The notes beneath the pieces were generated by a model. That model was not told where the DNA came from and did not search any database. It saw only the letters and a program-made list of their open reading frames with translations. This document shows, one piece after another, positions 38,971 through 48,139 of a stretch of DNA of 60,962 nucleotides. The stretch's first letter is position 1; each line of letters starts with the position of its first letter. Made by a program: the position numbers and the translations under genes. This DNA comes from an uncultured Chitinophagales bacterium (GTDB taxonomy: Bacteria > Bacteroidota > Rhodothermia > Balneolales > DATFMH01), in the NCBI GenBank assembly GCA_964572735.1, contig CAZNHE010000003.1, forward strand, positions 22,407-83,368, read 5' to 3'.

Positions 38971-39456
38971 TTAATGCGGCCAGTGTGTTAGAGGCAGGGA
39001 GCTGGCCAGAATTTCCACATTCCCTTTTCTGACTCTCACGGGATATCGGTTCAGCGGCTTATTTGGCGGTCCACCTGCCCGGCTGCCGTCCTTATTGAAA
39101 ACGCCGCCGTGGCAGGGGCACAGAAATATTTCTCCCTTGTTAACCCAGCGTACGGGGCACCCCAGGTGGGTGCAATTGATCGCAAAGGCGACAAATTCGG
39201 TTTCGGAGGTCCTGCGCAGCCATGCTCCGGTTTTAGAAGTGGCTCCATCCCACGGAAGTGTGAGAGAGTTTCTGAAATTCACCAACACCGTATCGCCAAC
39301 AGCATAATTCTGAACGGGTCCGATGGCACGCCATTTTTTGGGGGCCTCTGTAAGAAAAGGGGTAATTAGTGATCCGACCACTGGTATCGCCAGAAAAATT
39401 CCAATGAGGCCGCTCATAGCAATGGAGAAGGCGGCCAGGAAATCTTTACGAGTCAT
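38971..39456 (-). CDS. qcrA: Rieske [2Fe-2S] subunit of a quinol:cytochrome c reductase
   Basis: CTHLGC and CPCHGG boxes; Tat-like TRKDFL followed by a TM helix. Confidence 0.92.
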   Translation of the reverse strand: MTRKDFLAAFSIAMSGLIGIFLAIPVVGSLITPFLTEAPKKWRAIGPVQNYAVGDTVLVNFRNSLTLPWDGATSKTGAWLRRTSETEFVAFAINCTHLGCPVRWVNKGEIFLCPCHGGVFNKDGSRAGGPPNKPLNRYPVRVRKGNVEILASSLPLTHWPH

Positions 39457-39706
39457 TTTCGTTCTTTAGGTTTTTGATCCTTATTTCTTCTTTATATTCT
39501 GATCGTAAGATGGCGATCCACCCCACCATAGCTATGATAAGCAGGATAACTCCAAGAATGGAGATCAGGTAGTAGGTTACGAATCCCCAAAAAATGAGAG
39601 TAATTCCAAGAGCTAAGACGATCGGCCAGTAAGTGGGATGGGGGATGTTTTGTGGCTTCCCAAAATTGCCCGTATAATAGCGTTTACGGGTATTATCTTC
39701 TTCCAT
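39446..39706 (-). CDS. Small 2-TM oxidase subunit (CtaF-like / N-terminal part of a split subunit III)
   Basis: PHPTYWP followed by two TM helices; operon context. Confidence 0.65.
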   Translation of the reverse strand: MEEDNTRKRYYTGNFGKPQNIPHPTYWPIVLALGITLIFWGFVTYYLISILGVILLIIAMVGWIAILRSEYKEEIRIKNLKNENDS

Positions 39707-39707
39707 A

Positions 39708-40604
39708 TCAGTTTAAGACCATTATTTCATGATGGTTGACTTGTACAGGCCTTACAGGCTTCCCGGGCCGCCTGATTGGTGGCCGTGACTGTGGTTTGAA
39801 TGGGGTAGTATCCTTCTCGACCGACATTGATTCGTTACTGCGGGTCAGCCAGTTATAGAGAATGATCAATATTCCGGTGACATAAAGCATACAGCCGGGG
39901 ATCCACATAAGCAGTCCGCCGAGCTGCTGATCCTCGGTTTGATTTAAACCCCAGACGTAAGTCGTGCCGCTGTTGAATACTGTATGATATAACCCCGGAG
40001 ATGCGAAAGCGATTGAGACTCCCAGGGCGGAGCATCCCATACAAGCCGAAGCGAGGTAACCCGCACCGCTTAACGGCTGCAACCGGTATTCTTTTACAGG
40101 ACACAGTACCGGCAGACAAAAGATGATTCCACATATGACCAAAGAAGCTATCTCCACCTGGGGAAGCAGAAATGCCAGAAAACCATGCCCCATCATCGCC
40201 TTGCCCATGTAGTTAAAGACTTCCGGGATATGCCAGAACCACATGGCGCCAACCCCCACTGTCCAGGCAAGGAACGGCTTAGAAGCACCCTTAATGATTC
40301 TCCTTACATAAGAATGGGATAGAATCGGACGTACCCGCTCAGCTGGTATCCCTGCCATTAATAAGGGCGGAGCTACCATCAGCAAAAGCATGTGCATCAC
40401 CATATGAGCACTGAATAAATGTTGATGCGGGCCCGGTCCCATCGGGGCGGTTACTGCGAAAAGAATAATCGCGATTCCCGCAAAAAAGAAGATACTTTGA
40501 GCCTTGACCCTGAACCGGTTCCAGTAAAGGTAAGCCAGGAGTAATAACAGAAAACCTGAAATTGCCAGAGGATTCCAGTTCAACGGACTATTTAGTAATG
40601 ACAT
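39708..40604 (-). CDS. ctaG: Caa3-type CtaG cytochrome oxidase assembly factor
   Basis: FSAHMVMHMLL..APPLL, WFWHIP and DQQLGGLLMWIPG motifs. Confidence 0.88.
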   Translation of the reverse strand: MSLLNSPLNWNPLAISGFLLLLLAYLYWNRFRVKAQSIFFFAGIAIILFAVTAPMGPGPHQHLFSAHMVMHMLLLMVAPPLLMAGIPAERVRPILSHSYVRRIIKGASKPFLAWTVGVGAMWFWHIPEVFNYMGKAMMGHGFLAFLLPQVEIASLVICGIIFCLPVLCPVKEYRLQPLSGAGYLASACMGCSALGVSIAFASPGLYHTVFNSGTTYVWGLNQTEDQQLGGLLMWIPGCMLYVTGILIILYNWLTRSNESMSVEKDTTPFKPQSRPPIRRPGKPVRPVQVNHHEIMVLN

Positions 40605-40619
40605 AACGGAACTCCTTTC

Positions 40620-41177
40620 TCAGGTGATTAAATGTGGCAAAACATAAATGATTCCAAATACAAAAACCCATACGGCGTCCACAAAGTGCCAATAGACTTC
40701 GGCAGTTGATATCGGGGTTGCATCATTGACTTCATCGAAATCACCAAGCAGTGACAGAACCAGAACAATAGTCAAAAAGAGTAGTCCTACGAACACGTGC
40801 AGTGCATGAAATCCGGTAATTGTATAATAAGAGGATCCGAAGGTATTTGAAGCGAGGGTAAGGTTCTCTCCATAGAAATGGATATACTCGCTTACTTCAC
40901 CGTATAGAAAAATAGCGCCGAATATGATGGTGACTATCAGCCAGCCCTTTAAGGCACGGTGTCTCCGTTCGTTCAGGCCTTTTCGTGCCCTGTGCATGGT
41001 CCAGCTGCTGGCAAACAAGAAGAATGTAAAAATAGCTGTGGTCTTGATATCCAGGGCCTGTACGGATTGGGGACCGCTGGTTAACTCATTACCATAGTAT
41101 ATGTACGAGAGGAGCAATACGAGGAAAAAAATCGCCTCTGAGGCTACAAAAACTTTGATTAACAATCTGGCTCTCAT
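40620..41177 (-). CDS. ctaE: Cytochrome c oxidase subunit III (short 5-TM form)
   Basis: ASEAIFF, TGFHALHV and YWHFVDAVW motifs. Confidence 0.92.
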   Translation of the reverse strand: MRARLLIKVFVASEAIFFLVLLLSYIYYGNELTSGPQSVQALDIKTTAIFTFFLFASSWTMHRARKGLNERRHRALKGWLIVTIIFGAIFLYGEVSEYIHFYGENLTLASNTFGSSYYTITGFHALHVFVGLLFLTIVLVLSLLGDFDEVNDATPISTAEVYWHFVDAVWVFVFGIIYVLPHLIT

Positions 41178-41199
41178 AATATTATCTTCCTGCTATCTA

Positions 41200-42891
41200 T
41201 CATTTCACTTTCCAGACCGGTTTCTTTGAGCTGCGCTCATCTTCCTTCCAGTCCGGGTTATCCGGGTTCTTCAGATCAAATAAGGGACGTGCGCTTCGAA
41301 CCGGAGGAAGTTCCACAAAACTCTTGGGCTGAGGCGGAGAAGTAGTCATCCATTCCAGCGTCCATGCGTCCCACGGATCATCACCCGCATCCTCGCCCTT
41401 CCGGACGCTGATATACATATTCCAGAAGAAAATCGCTACTCCGGCGGCCATGAAAATGACTCCGATAGAAGAGATCAGGTTCATGGTTCCAAAGCCGGGG
41501 ATATCCGGGTAGGTAAATACGCGGCGCGGCATTCCATCCAGACCAAGAAGGTGCTGAATAAGGAAGGTCAGGTTGAACCCGAAAAAGAAGGTCCAGAAAC
41601 TCCATTTCCCCAGTTTTTCAGAAAGCATTTTACCTGACATCTTGGGAAACCAGTAATAAATACCAGCGAACATGCCGAACAACGTGCCGCCGAGGAACAC
41701 ATAATGAATGTGTGCTACTACGAAATAGGTGTCAGTCAGGTTCCAGTCAATGGGTACGATGGCAAAAGCGATCCCGCTCAGGCCGCCAATGGTAAAATCC
41801 AGCAGAAATGCGATACAAAACCACATGGCCGTTGTGAGCCGGATAGACCCTCCCCACATTGTGAGGATCCAGTTCCATATTTTTATGCCCGTGGGAATTC
41901 CAATGAGCAAACTGGCGCCTGCAAAAAAGCTGTTCAGAGTGACGCCCAGGCCTGTTGCAAACATGTGGTGCGCCCAGACCCCGATCGAGAGTAACATGAT
42001 AGCTACAGTAGAAAGAGCAACGAACATGTATCCGAAGATACGCTTCCGCGAGAAGACCGGAATTACTTCAGAAATAATACCGAATGCGGGTATAATCAGG
42101 ATATATACTTCGGGGTGTCCGAATACCCAGAATATGTGTTGCCAGAGCATTGCCCCTCCGACGGCATTCAGAACAAAGAACTGTGTATGCAGGAGGCGGT
42201 CGAATAACAGCATAACCAACGCACAATTCAGGGCGGGAAGAGCGAACAGGATCAGCAGTCCGTTAAGGAATACCATCCAGACAAACAAGGGAAGGTTACT
42301 GAATTTCATCCCTGGTGCCCGGTATTGGAGTATGGTTACAACGAAGTTGAGCCCCGCACCTACACTGCCGATTCCCGCAAGAAGCAAAGCAAGGACGTAG
42401 TAATCGGAACCCTGTGTAGAGGAGAAATTGGCCTCTGCGAGCGGTGTATAACTGAACCACCCTGCATTAGGCGCACCGCCTGCCAGATAGCTGAAATATA
42501 ACAGAAGCCCGCCCATCAGGGTTATCCAGAAGCTGAAGGCGTTCAACCTGGGGAAAGCCAATTCATTGGCTCCGATCATAAGAGGAACCAGATAAGTACC
42601 CATGCCAATGAGACCTGCCATCAGTACGAAGAAGATCATGGTCGTACCATGCATGGTGAACATCTCGTTAAAAACATCGGGCGTAAGAAAGGTGTTCTCG
42701 GGAACGGCAAGCTGAAGCCGAATGGCCATGGCCTCGATTCCTCCGCAGATAAAGAAGAGCGCGACCATAAGCATGTACATAATTCCTATCTGCTTATGAT
42801 CGACCGATCCCAGCCATTGTAAAATTCCTTCGCCTGTTTTATAGGAAGGAAGTGCTACTTCCGGTTCTTCAATAATGGTGGCCTGGTTCAT
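41200..42891 (-). CDS. ctaD: Cytochrome c oxidase subunit I, A1 type
   Basis: TMHGTTM, GHPEVY, VWAHHM, VVAHIHY and GMPRR motifs. Confidence 0.97.
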   Translation of the reverse strand: MNQATIIEEPEVALPSYKTGEGILQWLGSVDHKQIGIMYMLMVALFFICGGIEAMAIRLQLAVPENTFLTPDVFNEMFTMHGTTMIFFVLMAGLIGMGTYLVPLMIGANELAFPRLNAFSFWITLMGGLLLYFSYLAGGAPNAGWFSYTPLAEANFSSTQGSDYYVLALLLAGIGSVGAGLNFVVTILQYRAPGMKFSNLPLFVWMVFLNGLLILFALPALNCALVMLLFDRLLHTQFFVLNAVGGAMLWQHIFWVFGHPEVYILIIPAFGIISEVIPVFSRKRIFGYMFVALSTVAIMLLSIGVWAHHMFATGLGVTLNSFFAGASLLIGIPTGIKIWNWILTMWGGSIRLTTAMWFCIAFLLDFTIGGLSGIAFAIVPIDWNLTDTYFVVAHIHYVFLGGTLFGMFAGIYYWFPKMSGKMLSEKLGKWSFWTFFFGFNLTFLIQHLLGLDGMPRRVFTYPDIPGFGTMNLISSIGVIFMAAGVAIFFWNMYISVRKGEDAGDDPWDAWTLEWMTTSPPQPKSFVELPPVRSARPLFDLKNPDNPDWKEDERSSKKPVWKVK

Positions 42892-43850
42892 TTTAGTCCC
42901 TCCAGATAAGCGGTCAATTCCTGGACTTGAGTTACAGACATTCTGAAATTAGGCATATGAGCCCCTGGTTTGACATTTTGAGGATTAGTGAGCCATTTGT
43001 TCATGTTTTCGACATTATTTACTAACATTCCGGTCAGCAATGTATGACGACTGCCGATATGGGTCAGATCCGGCCCGATATCTCCCTTTGCCTTGGTGCC
43101 TCTTATGGAATGGCAGTTTACACAAGTGGAATTCATAAACAGGTCTTTGCCTTTCTCTGCCAATTCGTTTTGCGGAGCATCGGCCGGTTTCGCGTTTGCA
43201 TTCAGCCATTTTTTGAAATCGTCAGGAGACTGGGCAATCACGTGAATACGCATCCATGCGTGCTCGGCGCCACAGAATTCACTACACGCGCCCTCGTAGA
43301 CACCGGGCTTGTCGATATCCATCCAGATATAATTGCTGTGGTTGTGAAACATGTCCATCTTGCGACCCAGAGCCGGCACCCAGAAATCGTGCACCACGTC
43401 GGCAGACCGGAAGCTGATGAGCAGCCGGGTATTTGTCGGCATGTGAAATTCATTGGCAGTGACCACTCCCGTACCCGGGTAGCGTACCTCCCACCACCAC
43501 TGATGGCCGACAACTACAATGTCGGGCTTCCGGTTGTCTGTCGGCTTGTGCATTTCTACCATAACCTGAACACTTCTTATAAAGTAGAACACTACTACCG
43601 CCGTAAAAAAGAGCACCAGGAAGGTTTCAAGGGCAACGTTACTATGAGTTCGGCTGGGAGCTACCTCTCCCTTTTTGCCTCTGTACCGGATGATAATATA
43701 GACCAGCAGCCCGAGTATAATAAGAAGTAACGGGACAGCCCCCCAGAGAAATTCGTTATATAGTTCTTGAATGGATCTGGCACCAGAAGACGCCGTACCA
43801 GCCAGACCAGACAATAGGTACAGATAAGCACACAGGTATGTAATAATCAT
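42888..43850 (-). CDS. ctaC: Cytochrome c oxidase subunit II with fused cytochrome c (caa3 type)
   Basis: GHQWWW; DVVHDF; CuA motif CSEFCGAEHAWM; heme c motif CVNCH. Confidence 0.95.
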   Translation of the reverse strand: MIITYLCAYLYLLSGLAGTASSGARSIQELYNEFLWGAVPLLLIILGLLVYIIIRYRGKKGEVAPSRTHSNVALETFLVLFFTAVVVFYFIRSVQVMVEMHKPTDNRKPDIVVVGHQWWWEVRYPGTGVVTANEFHMPTNTRLLISFRSADVVHDFWVPALGRKMDMFHNHSNYIWMDIDKPGVYEGACSEFCGAEHAWMRIHVIAQSPDDFKKWLNANAKPADAPQNELAEKGKDLFMNSTCVNCHSIRGTKAKGDIGPDLTHIGSRHTLLTGMLVNNVENMNKWLTNPQNVKPGAHMPNFRMSVTQVQELTAYLEGLK

Positions 43851-44221
43851 CGCTTAATTTCAGGCAACGGGCTATTAAAGTGTTCAACTACCAATCTCAA
43901 GCGAAGCAAAGTTCGCCTTATTACAAGAGTAAATCAAGGTTCTGGTAAAAATAGTTCAGGTTTTGAGCCTGATTTTATCATTAAAACCGCTTCCAAAATC
44001 GGGCAAATTAAAAAACACTTAGAACTATCTGCATATTTTTAACTTCCGAGCCGGAATATGATCCATTACAGGTATAAATAACATGTTACGGCGATTTTAG
44101 TATCCAGCGATAGGAAGTATCGGTTTTTTTAGACGAAAATGTGGACATCATGCCCTTTTTGTTGAAAACTTTTGTTGCATCCCATTCCAAAATTTGGTTG
44201 CTTACTTCATCACTTTGTTTA

Positions 44222-44390
44222 GTGAACAGGTGTCCCGAATTTTCGGGATGAAAAGGGAAGCCGGTGAAACTCCGGGGCTGTTCCCGCAACTGTAAGCTGA
44301 TAATTCCTTCTGATCACGCCACTATCTCTGGCCCAAACGAGATGGGAAGGCCGGAAGGAAAAGCAGCAAGCCAGGAGACCTGCCTGTCAC
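44222..44390 (+). ncRNA. Cobalamin (AdoCbl) riboswitch
   Basis: AGGTG..AAAAGGGAAGCCGGTGAAACTCCGG..CCCGCAACTGT..GCCACT..GGGAAGG..AAGCCAGGAGACCTGCC (B12 box), upstream of metE. Confidence 0.95.
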
Positions 44391-44559
44391 GGATAAAATC
44401 GACATAACAATGAGGCCTTCGGGAGTTAAGGCAACATAGAAGTACAGCGGCGATTCTACAGCCGGCCTTTTCACGGAAGATAGAAAAGCCGGCCGCAGTG
44501 CGCGTCTGCTTCCATAGTCCCTTCCCCGCCTTATCATTTCCTGTTAACATGATAAGATT

Positions 44560-46908
44560 ATGATTACGCACATCCCCGGATACCCGCGAATAGGTCCCGA
44601 ACGAGAGCTCAAAAGAGCAGTAGAATCGTTCTGGAACGGTTCAATCGACGCTCAACAGCTTCATGAAACAGCCATGCATCTGCGCGTATCGAACTGGAAA
44701 CAACAACATAAGGCAGGTATCGACCTGCTGCCTTGTAATGATTTTTCGCTCTACGACCACGTGCTCGATACGACGCTTCTGGTCGGAGCCATACCTGAGC
44801 GGTTTCATGCCCTCTTCTCTGACGATGATAACCATGATTCCTGTCATCCTTCTTTCTTGAAACGGTATTTCGCCATGGCCCGCGGATTCCAGGATGATCA
44901 TCGGGATATTTCCGCAATGGAAATGACCAAGTGGTTCAATACCAATTATCATTATATCGTTCCGGAATTTACACGGAATCAGCGCTTTTCGGTTTCCTCT
45001 AATAAAATAACGGATGAATTCCGAGAGTGCCGGTCGGCTGGGTTTGCCGCCAAACCGGTTCTCATCGGTCCTGTCAGCTATTTGCTGCTCGGCAAGGAAG
45101 CCGGCAGCGGTTTTCACCGCCTGGAGCTGCTCCCCGATCTGCTGAGCGTTTACCAGGAGATTTTACAAAAGCTGAGATCACTGGGCGCCGAATGGATTCA
45201 ACTGGATGAACCCTTTCTGGTCACGGACCTGGATCAGCGCGCCCGGGAGGCTTTTTTGCCGGCTTATCAAAAATTGGCGGAAGCGCGTAACGGATTGAAA
45301 TTAATGGTAGCCACCTACTTCGGCGGTTTGGGAGATAATATGGAACGGGCCTGCTCCCTGCCTGTCGATGCCCTTCATGTCGACCTTGTGGAAGATCCCG
45401 AACAACTGGATTCCATCCTCCGGCAGTTTCCAAAGGATCGTTATTTGTCGCTCGGACTGATCGACGGGCGCAATATCTGGAAGACTGATCTGGACGAGGC
45501 GGCGTCCCTCATTAAAAAAGCGGCTGAAAAACGGGATACCGCCCGTTTGATGCTGGCTCCATCCTGCTCCCTGCTGCATTGTCCTGTTGATCTGGACCAG
45601 GAAGATGATACACGGGCTTTGCCTGAAGAGGTGAAAGGCTGGATGGCCTTCAGCAGGCAGAAAATGGAGGAGCTTGGTTTGTTGCGGAACGTCGCGGACA
45701 ACACGGCCACCCCCGGAGAGAAGGAGCTTTTCGCGAAACATCAGCAGGAAGTTTACTCAAGGAGGAGTTCCGGCCTTGTACATGATGAACGGGTTCAGAA
45801 ACGCTTGCGGGAACTTGGGGACCGGCGGATGCAGCGTGCGCATCCCTTTGCCGTTCGTAAGGAAAAACAGCGAAAAGAGCTCGGCTTGCCGGATTTCTTC
45901 CCGACAACCACCATCGGATCCTTCCCTCAGACCAAAGAAGTGCGTCAATGGCGAAATCAGCTCCGTCAGGGGCAAATAACCGCAGAGGAGTATATTGGGA
46001 AAATCCGGTCGGAGATTAAACGTACCATCGAATTTCAGGAATCCATTGGGCTGGATTTGCTCGTCCATGGTGAGTTTGAGCGCAACGACATGGTAGAGTA
46101 TTTCGGAGAACATCTCTCGGGATTTGCCTTCACCCGGCACGGCTGGGTTCAGAGTTATGGCACGCGATGCGTCAAGCCGCCGGTTATTTTCGGAGATGTG
46201 GCACGCCCGAACCCCATAACCGTATCATGGTCGCAGTATGCACAATCGCTGACCCGGAAGCCGGTAAAGGGAATGCTCACGGGCCCTGTGACGATCCTGT
46301 TGTGGTCGTTCGTCCGCGATGATCAGCCGCCGGCACAAACGGCCCGCCAACTGGCCCTGGCCATACAGGACGAGGTGCGCGACCTGGCGGAGGCCGGTAT
46401 CCGGGCCATCCAGATCGACGAGCCGGCTTTCCGCGAAGGGCTCCCTTTGCGCCGCAGCGATCGCGATTCTTACCTGGCATGGGCGGAAGAAGCGTTTCAT
46501 ATCGCTTCTTCCTGTGTCGGCGACGAAATCCAGATTCATACCCACATGTGTTATTCCGATTTCAACAATATCATCGATTCTATCGCCCGCCTCGACGCCG
46601 ATGTCATCTCTATCGAGGCTTCCCGGTCGGGCATGGAATTGCTCGAGGCCTTCCGCACTTTCAACTATCCGAACGACATCGGACCCGGGGTCTACGATAT
46701 TCACTCCCCCCGCATTCCGAAAAGTCCGGAAATAATTGCTCACCTGAGGGAAATAATCGGCGTAATTGATGTGGCAAAAGTCTGGGTGAATCCCGACTGC
46801 GGGCTCAAAACAAGGGGATGGTCCGAGGTTGAACCGGCACTGAAAGAAATGGTGAATGCCGCCCGGCAGATGCGGCGGGAGGTTGAGTATTTATCGAAAA
46901 CATCGTAG
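44560..46908 (+). CDS. metE: Cobalamin-independent methionine synthase
   Basis: GYPRIG, TKWFNTNYHY, TTTIGSFPQT, HTHMCY, DIHSPR and NPDCGLKTR motifs. Confidence 0.98.
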   Translation: MITHIPGYPRIGPERELKRAVESFWNGSIDAQQLHETAMHLRVSNWKQQHKAGIDLLPCNDFSLYDHVLDTTLLVGAIPERFHALFSDDDNHDSCHPSFLKRYFAMARGFQDDHRDISAMEMTKWFNTNYHYIVPEFTRNQRFSVSSNKITDEFRECRSAGFAAKPVLIGPVSYLLLGKEAGSGFHRLELLPDLLSVYQEILQKLRSLGAEWIQLDEPFLVTDLDQRAREAFLPAYQKLAEARNGLKLMVATYFGGLGDNMERACSLPVDALHVDLVEDPEQLDSILRQFPKDRYLSLGLIDGRNIWKTDLDEAASLIKKAAEKRDTARLMLAPSCSLLHCPVDLDQEDDTRALPEEVKGWMAFSRQKMEELGLLRNVADNTATPGEKELFAKHQQEVYSRRSSGLVHDERVQKRLRELGDRRMQRAHPFAVRKEKQRKELGLPDFFPTTTIGSFPQTKEVRQWRNQLRQGQITAEEYIGKIRSEIKRTIEFQESIGLDLLVHGEFERNDMVEYFGEHLSGFAFTRHGWVQSYGTRCVKPPVIFGDVARPNPITVSWSQYAQSLTRKPVKGMLTGPVTILLWSFVRDDQPPAQTARQLALAIQDEVRDLAEAGIRAIQIDEPAFREGLPLRRSDRDSYLAWAEEAFHIASSCVGDEIQIHTHMCYSDFNNIIDSIARLDADVISIEASRSGMELLEAFRTFNYPNDIGPGVYDIHSPRIPKSPEIIAHLREIIGVIDVAKVWVNPDCGLKTRGWSEVEPALKEMVNAARQMRREVEYLSKTS

Positions 46909-47064
46909 TGCTGTGCCGAAACCATTCCTTCGTACGATCCTCCCGTCTTTCATACGCCGGAACCCGCGTAACTCTGCGGGAAACTAAAACCGTCTGTAAG
47001 GTTGGGAGAGGTCGTCAAAAGTTATTTAAAAACAATTCAATAATTCTGAATATAAGGAGCTTGT

Positions 47065-48051
47065 ATGATCAAAAAATTACTTGGAAAGACCTCGGTTCGT
47101 GATAATGTGGAACTTGGGGAACAGCCCCGGTATCCGGTTTTCCGGGAGCTTTATGAGCGGCAGAAACAGGCCGTCTGGTTCCCCGAGGAGCTCAACATTC
47201 AACAGGATGCTCTTGACTACCATCATCTTTCCGAAGATGAAAAACGGATTTTCGATACTGCGGTCGGCTATTTCTGCTCCTCCGAACTGCTGGTTCAAAA
47301 TGTACTGATCAACACGTTCTTCCCGCTGCTGACAGATCCTCATGCCCGGATGAGCTTCAGTACCCAGTTGTTCATGGAAAACATCCACAGTGATTTCTTT
47401 GAGATCGTACTCCAGTCGTTCAACATGGACCGGGAGAAGATGTACCGTGTGGCCTTTCAACACCCTGTTTTGAAAGAAAAACAGATGCTGATCACCGGAG
47501 AAATCGACCGGATCAGCAGGGCGGATCCCGATCCGGAAACGACCCGGGGTGTCCGGGAAATACTGAAAGCCATTCTTCTGAATAACATTATTCTTGAAGG
47601 CATTTTCTTTTATTCTTCTTTTGCCCATTTCTTTGCACTCAAAGACATGGGCAAGATGAAAAACGTGGTTTCCGGCGTCGAACTTATCCTGATCGATGAA
47701 TCCCTGCACCTCCAAAACGGCATTGAGGCTATCCTGATCCTGCTGGACGAGTATCCCGAAATACTCGCGGACACCGCTTATGTGGATGGGCTGTATGAAC
47801 TCATCCTGAAGGGAAGCGAGCTTGAGATCCGGTATGTGCATGAGCAGTTCGGCGACCGCACGATCCTCGGTCTGTCTGCCGGTGAACTGGAACGCTATCT
47901 TCGGTTTATTACCGACCGCCGCCTGCAGGAACTGGGTTTTCAGCCCTGTTACGGGGTTACTGAAAACCCGCTGCGGTTTCTGCAGAAAGAGGATGTTCGC
48001 AAACTGACCAACTTCTTCGAAGTGTCATCCACCGAATACACCAACTATTGA
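47065..48051 (+). CDS. nrdB: Ribonucleotide reductase beta subunit, class Ic (Mn/Fe)-like
   Basis: WFPEE; ligands E74, E105/H108, E178, E212/H215; Phe112 at the radical-Tyr position; C-terminal NFFE..EY. Confidence 0.9.
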   Translation: MIKKLLGKTSVRDNVELGEQPRYPVFRELYERQKQAVWFPEELNIQQDALDYHHLSEDEKRIFDTAVGYFCSSELLVQNVLINTFFPLLTDPHARMSFSTQLFMENIHSDFFEIVLQSFNMDREKMYRVAFQHPVLKEKQMLITGEIDRISRADPDPETTRGVREILKAILLNNIILEGIFFYSSFAHFFALKDMGKMKNVVSGVELILIDESLHLQNGIEAILILLDEYPEILADTAYVDGLYELILKGSELEIRYVHEQFGDRTILGLSAGELERYLRFITDRRLQELGFQPCYGVTENPLRFLQKEDVRKLTNFFEVSSTEYTNY

Positions 48052-48063
48052 AATAGCAGAGAT

Positions 48064-48097
48064 GTTGTAGAGGCGCGAAATTTCACGTCTCTACAAC
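48064..48097. repeat. GTAG-type REP-like palindrome
   Basis: GTTGTAGAGGCGCGAAA-TTTCACGTCTCTACAAC between nrdB and nrdA. Confidence 0.75.
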
Positions 48098-48139
48098 TCT
48101 GTCACTACCAGCCGATTACTGACAATTAACCACTCCATC

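Noticed and set aside
47065..48051. R2lox or metal-free class Ie assignment for the beta subunit
   Set aside because: All six metal ligands are present (excludes Ie); the C-terminal Tyr and adjacent nrdA argue against R2lox
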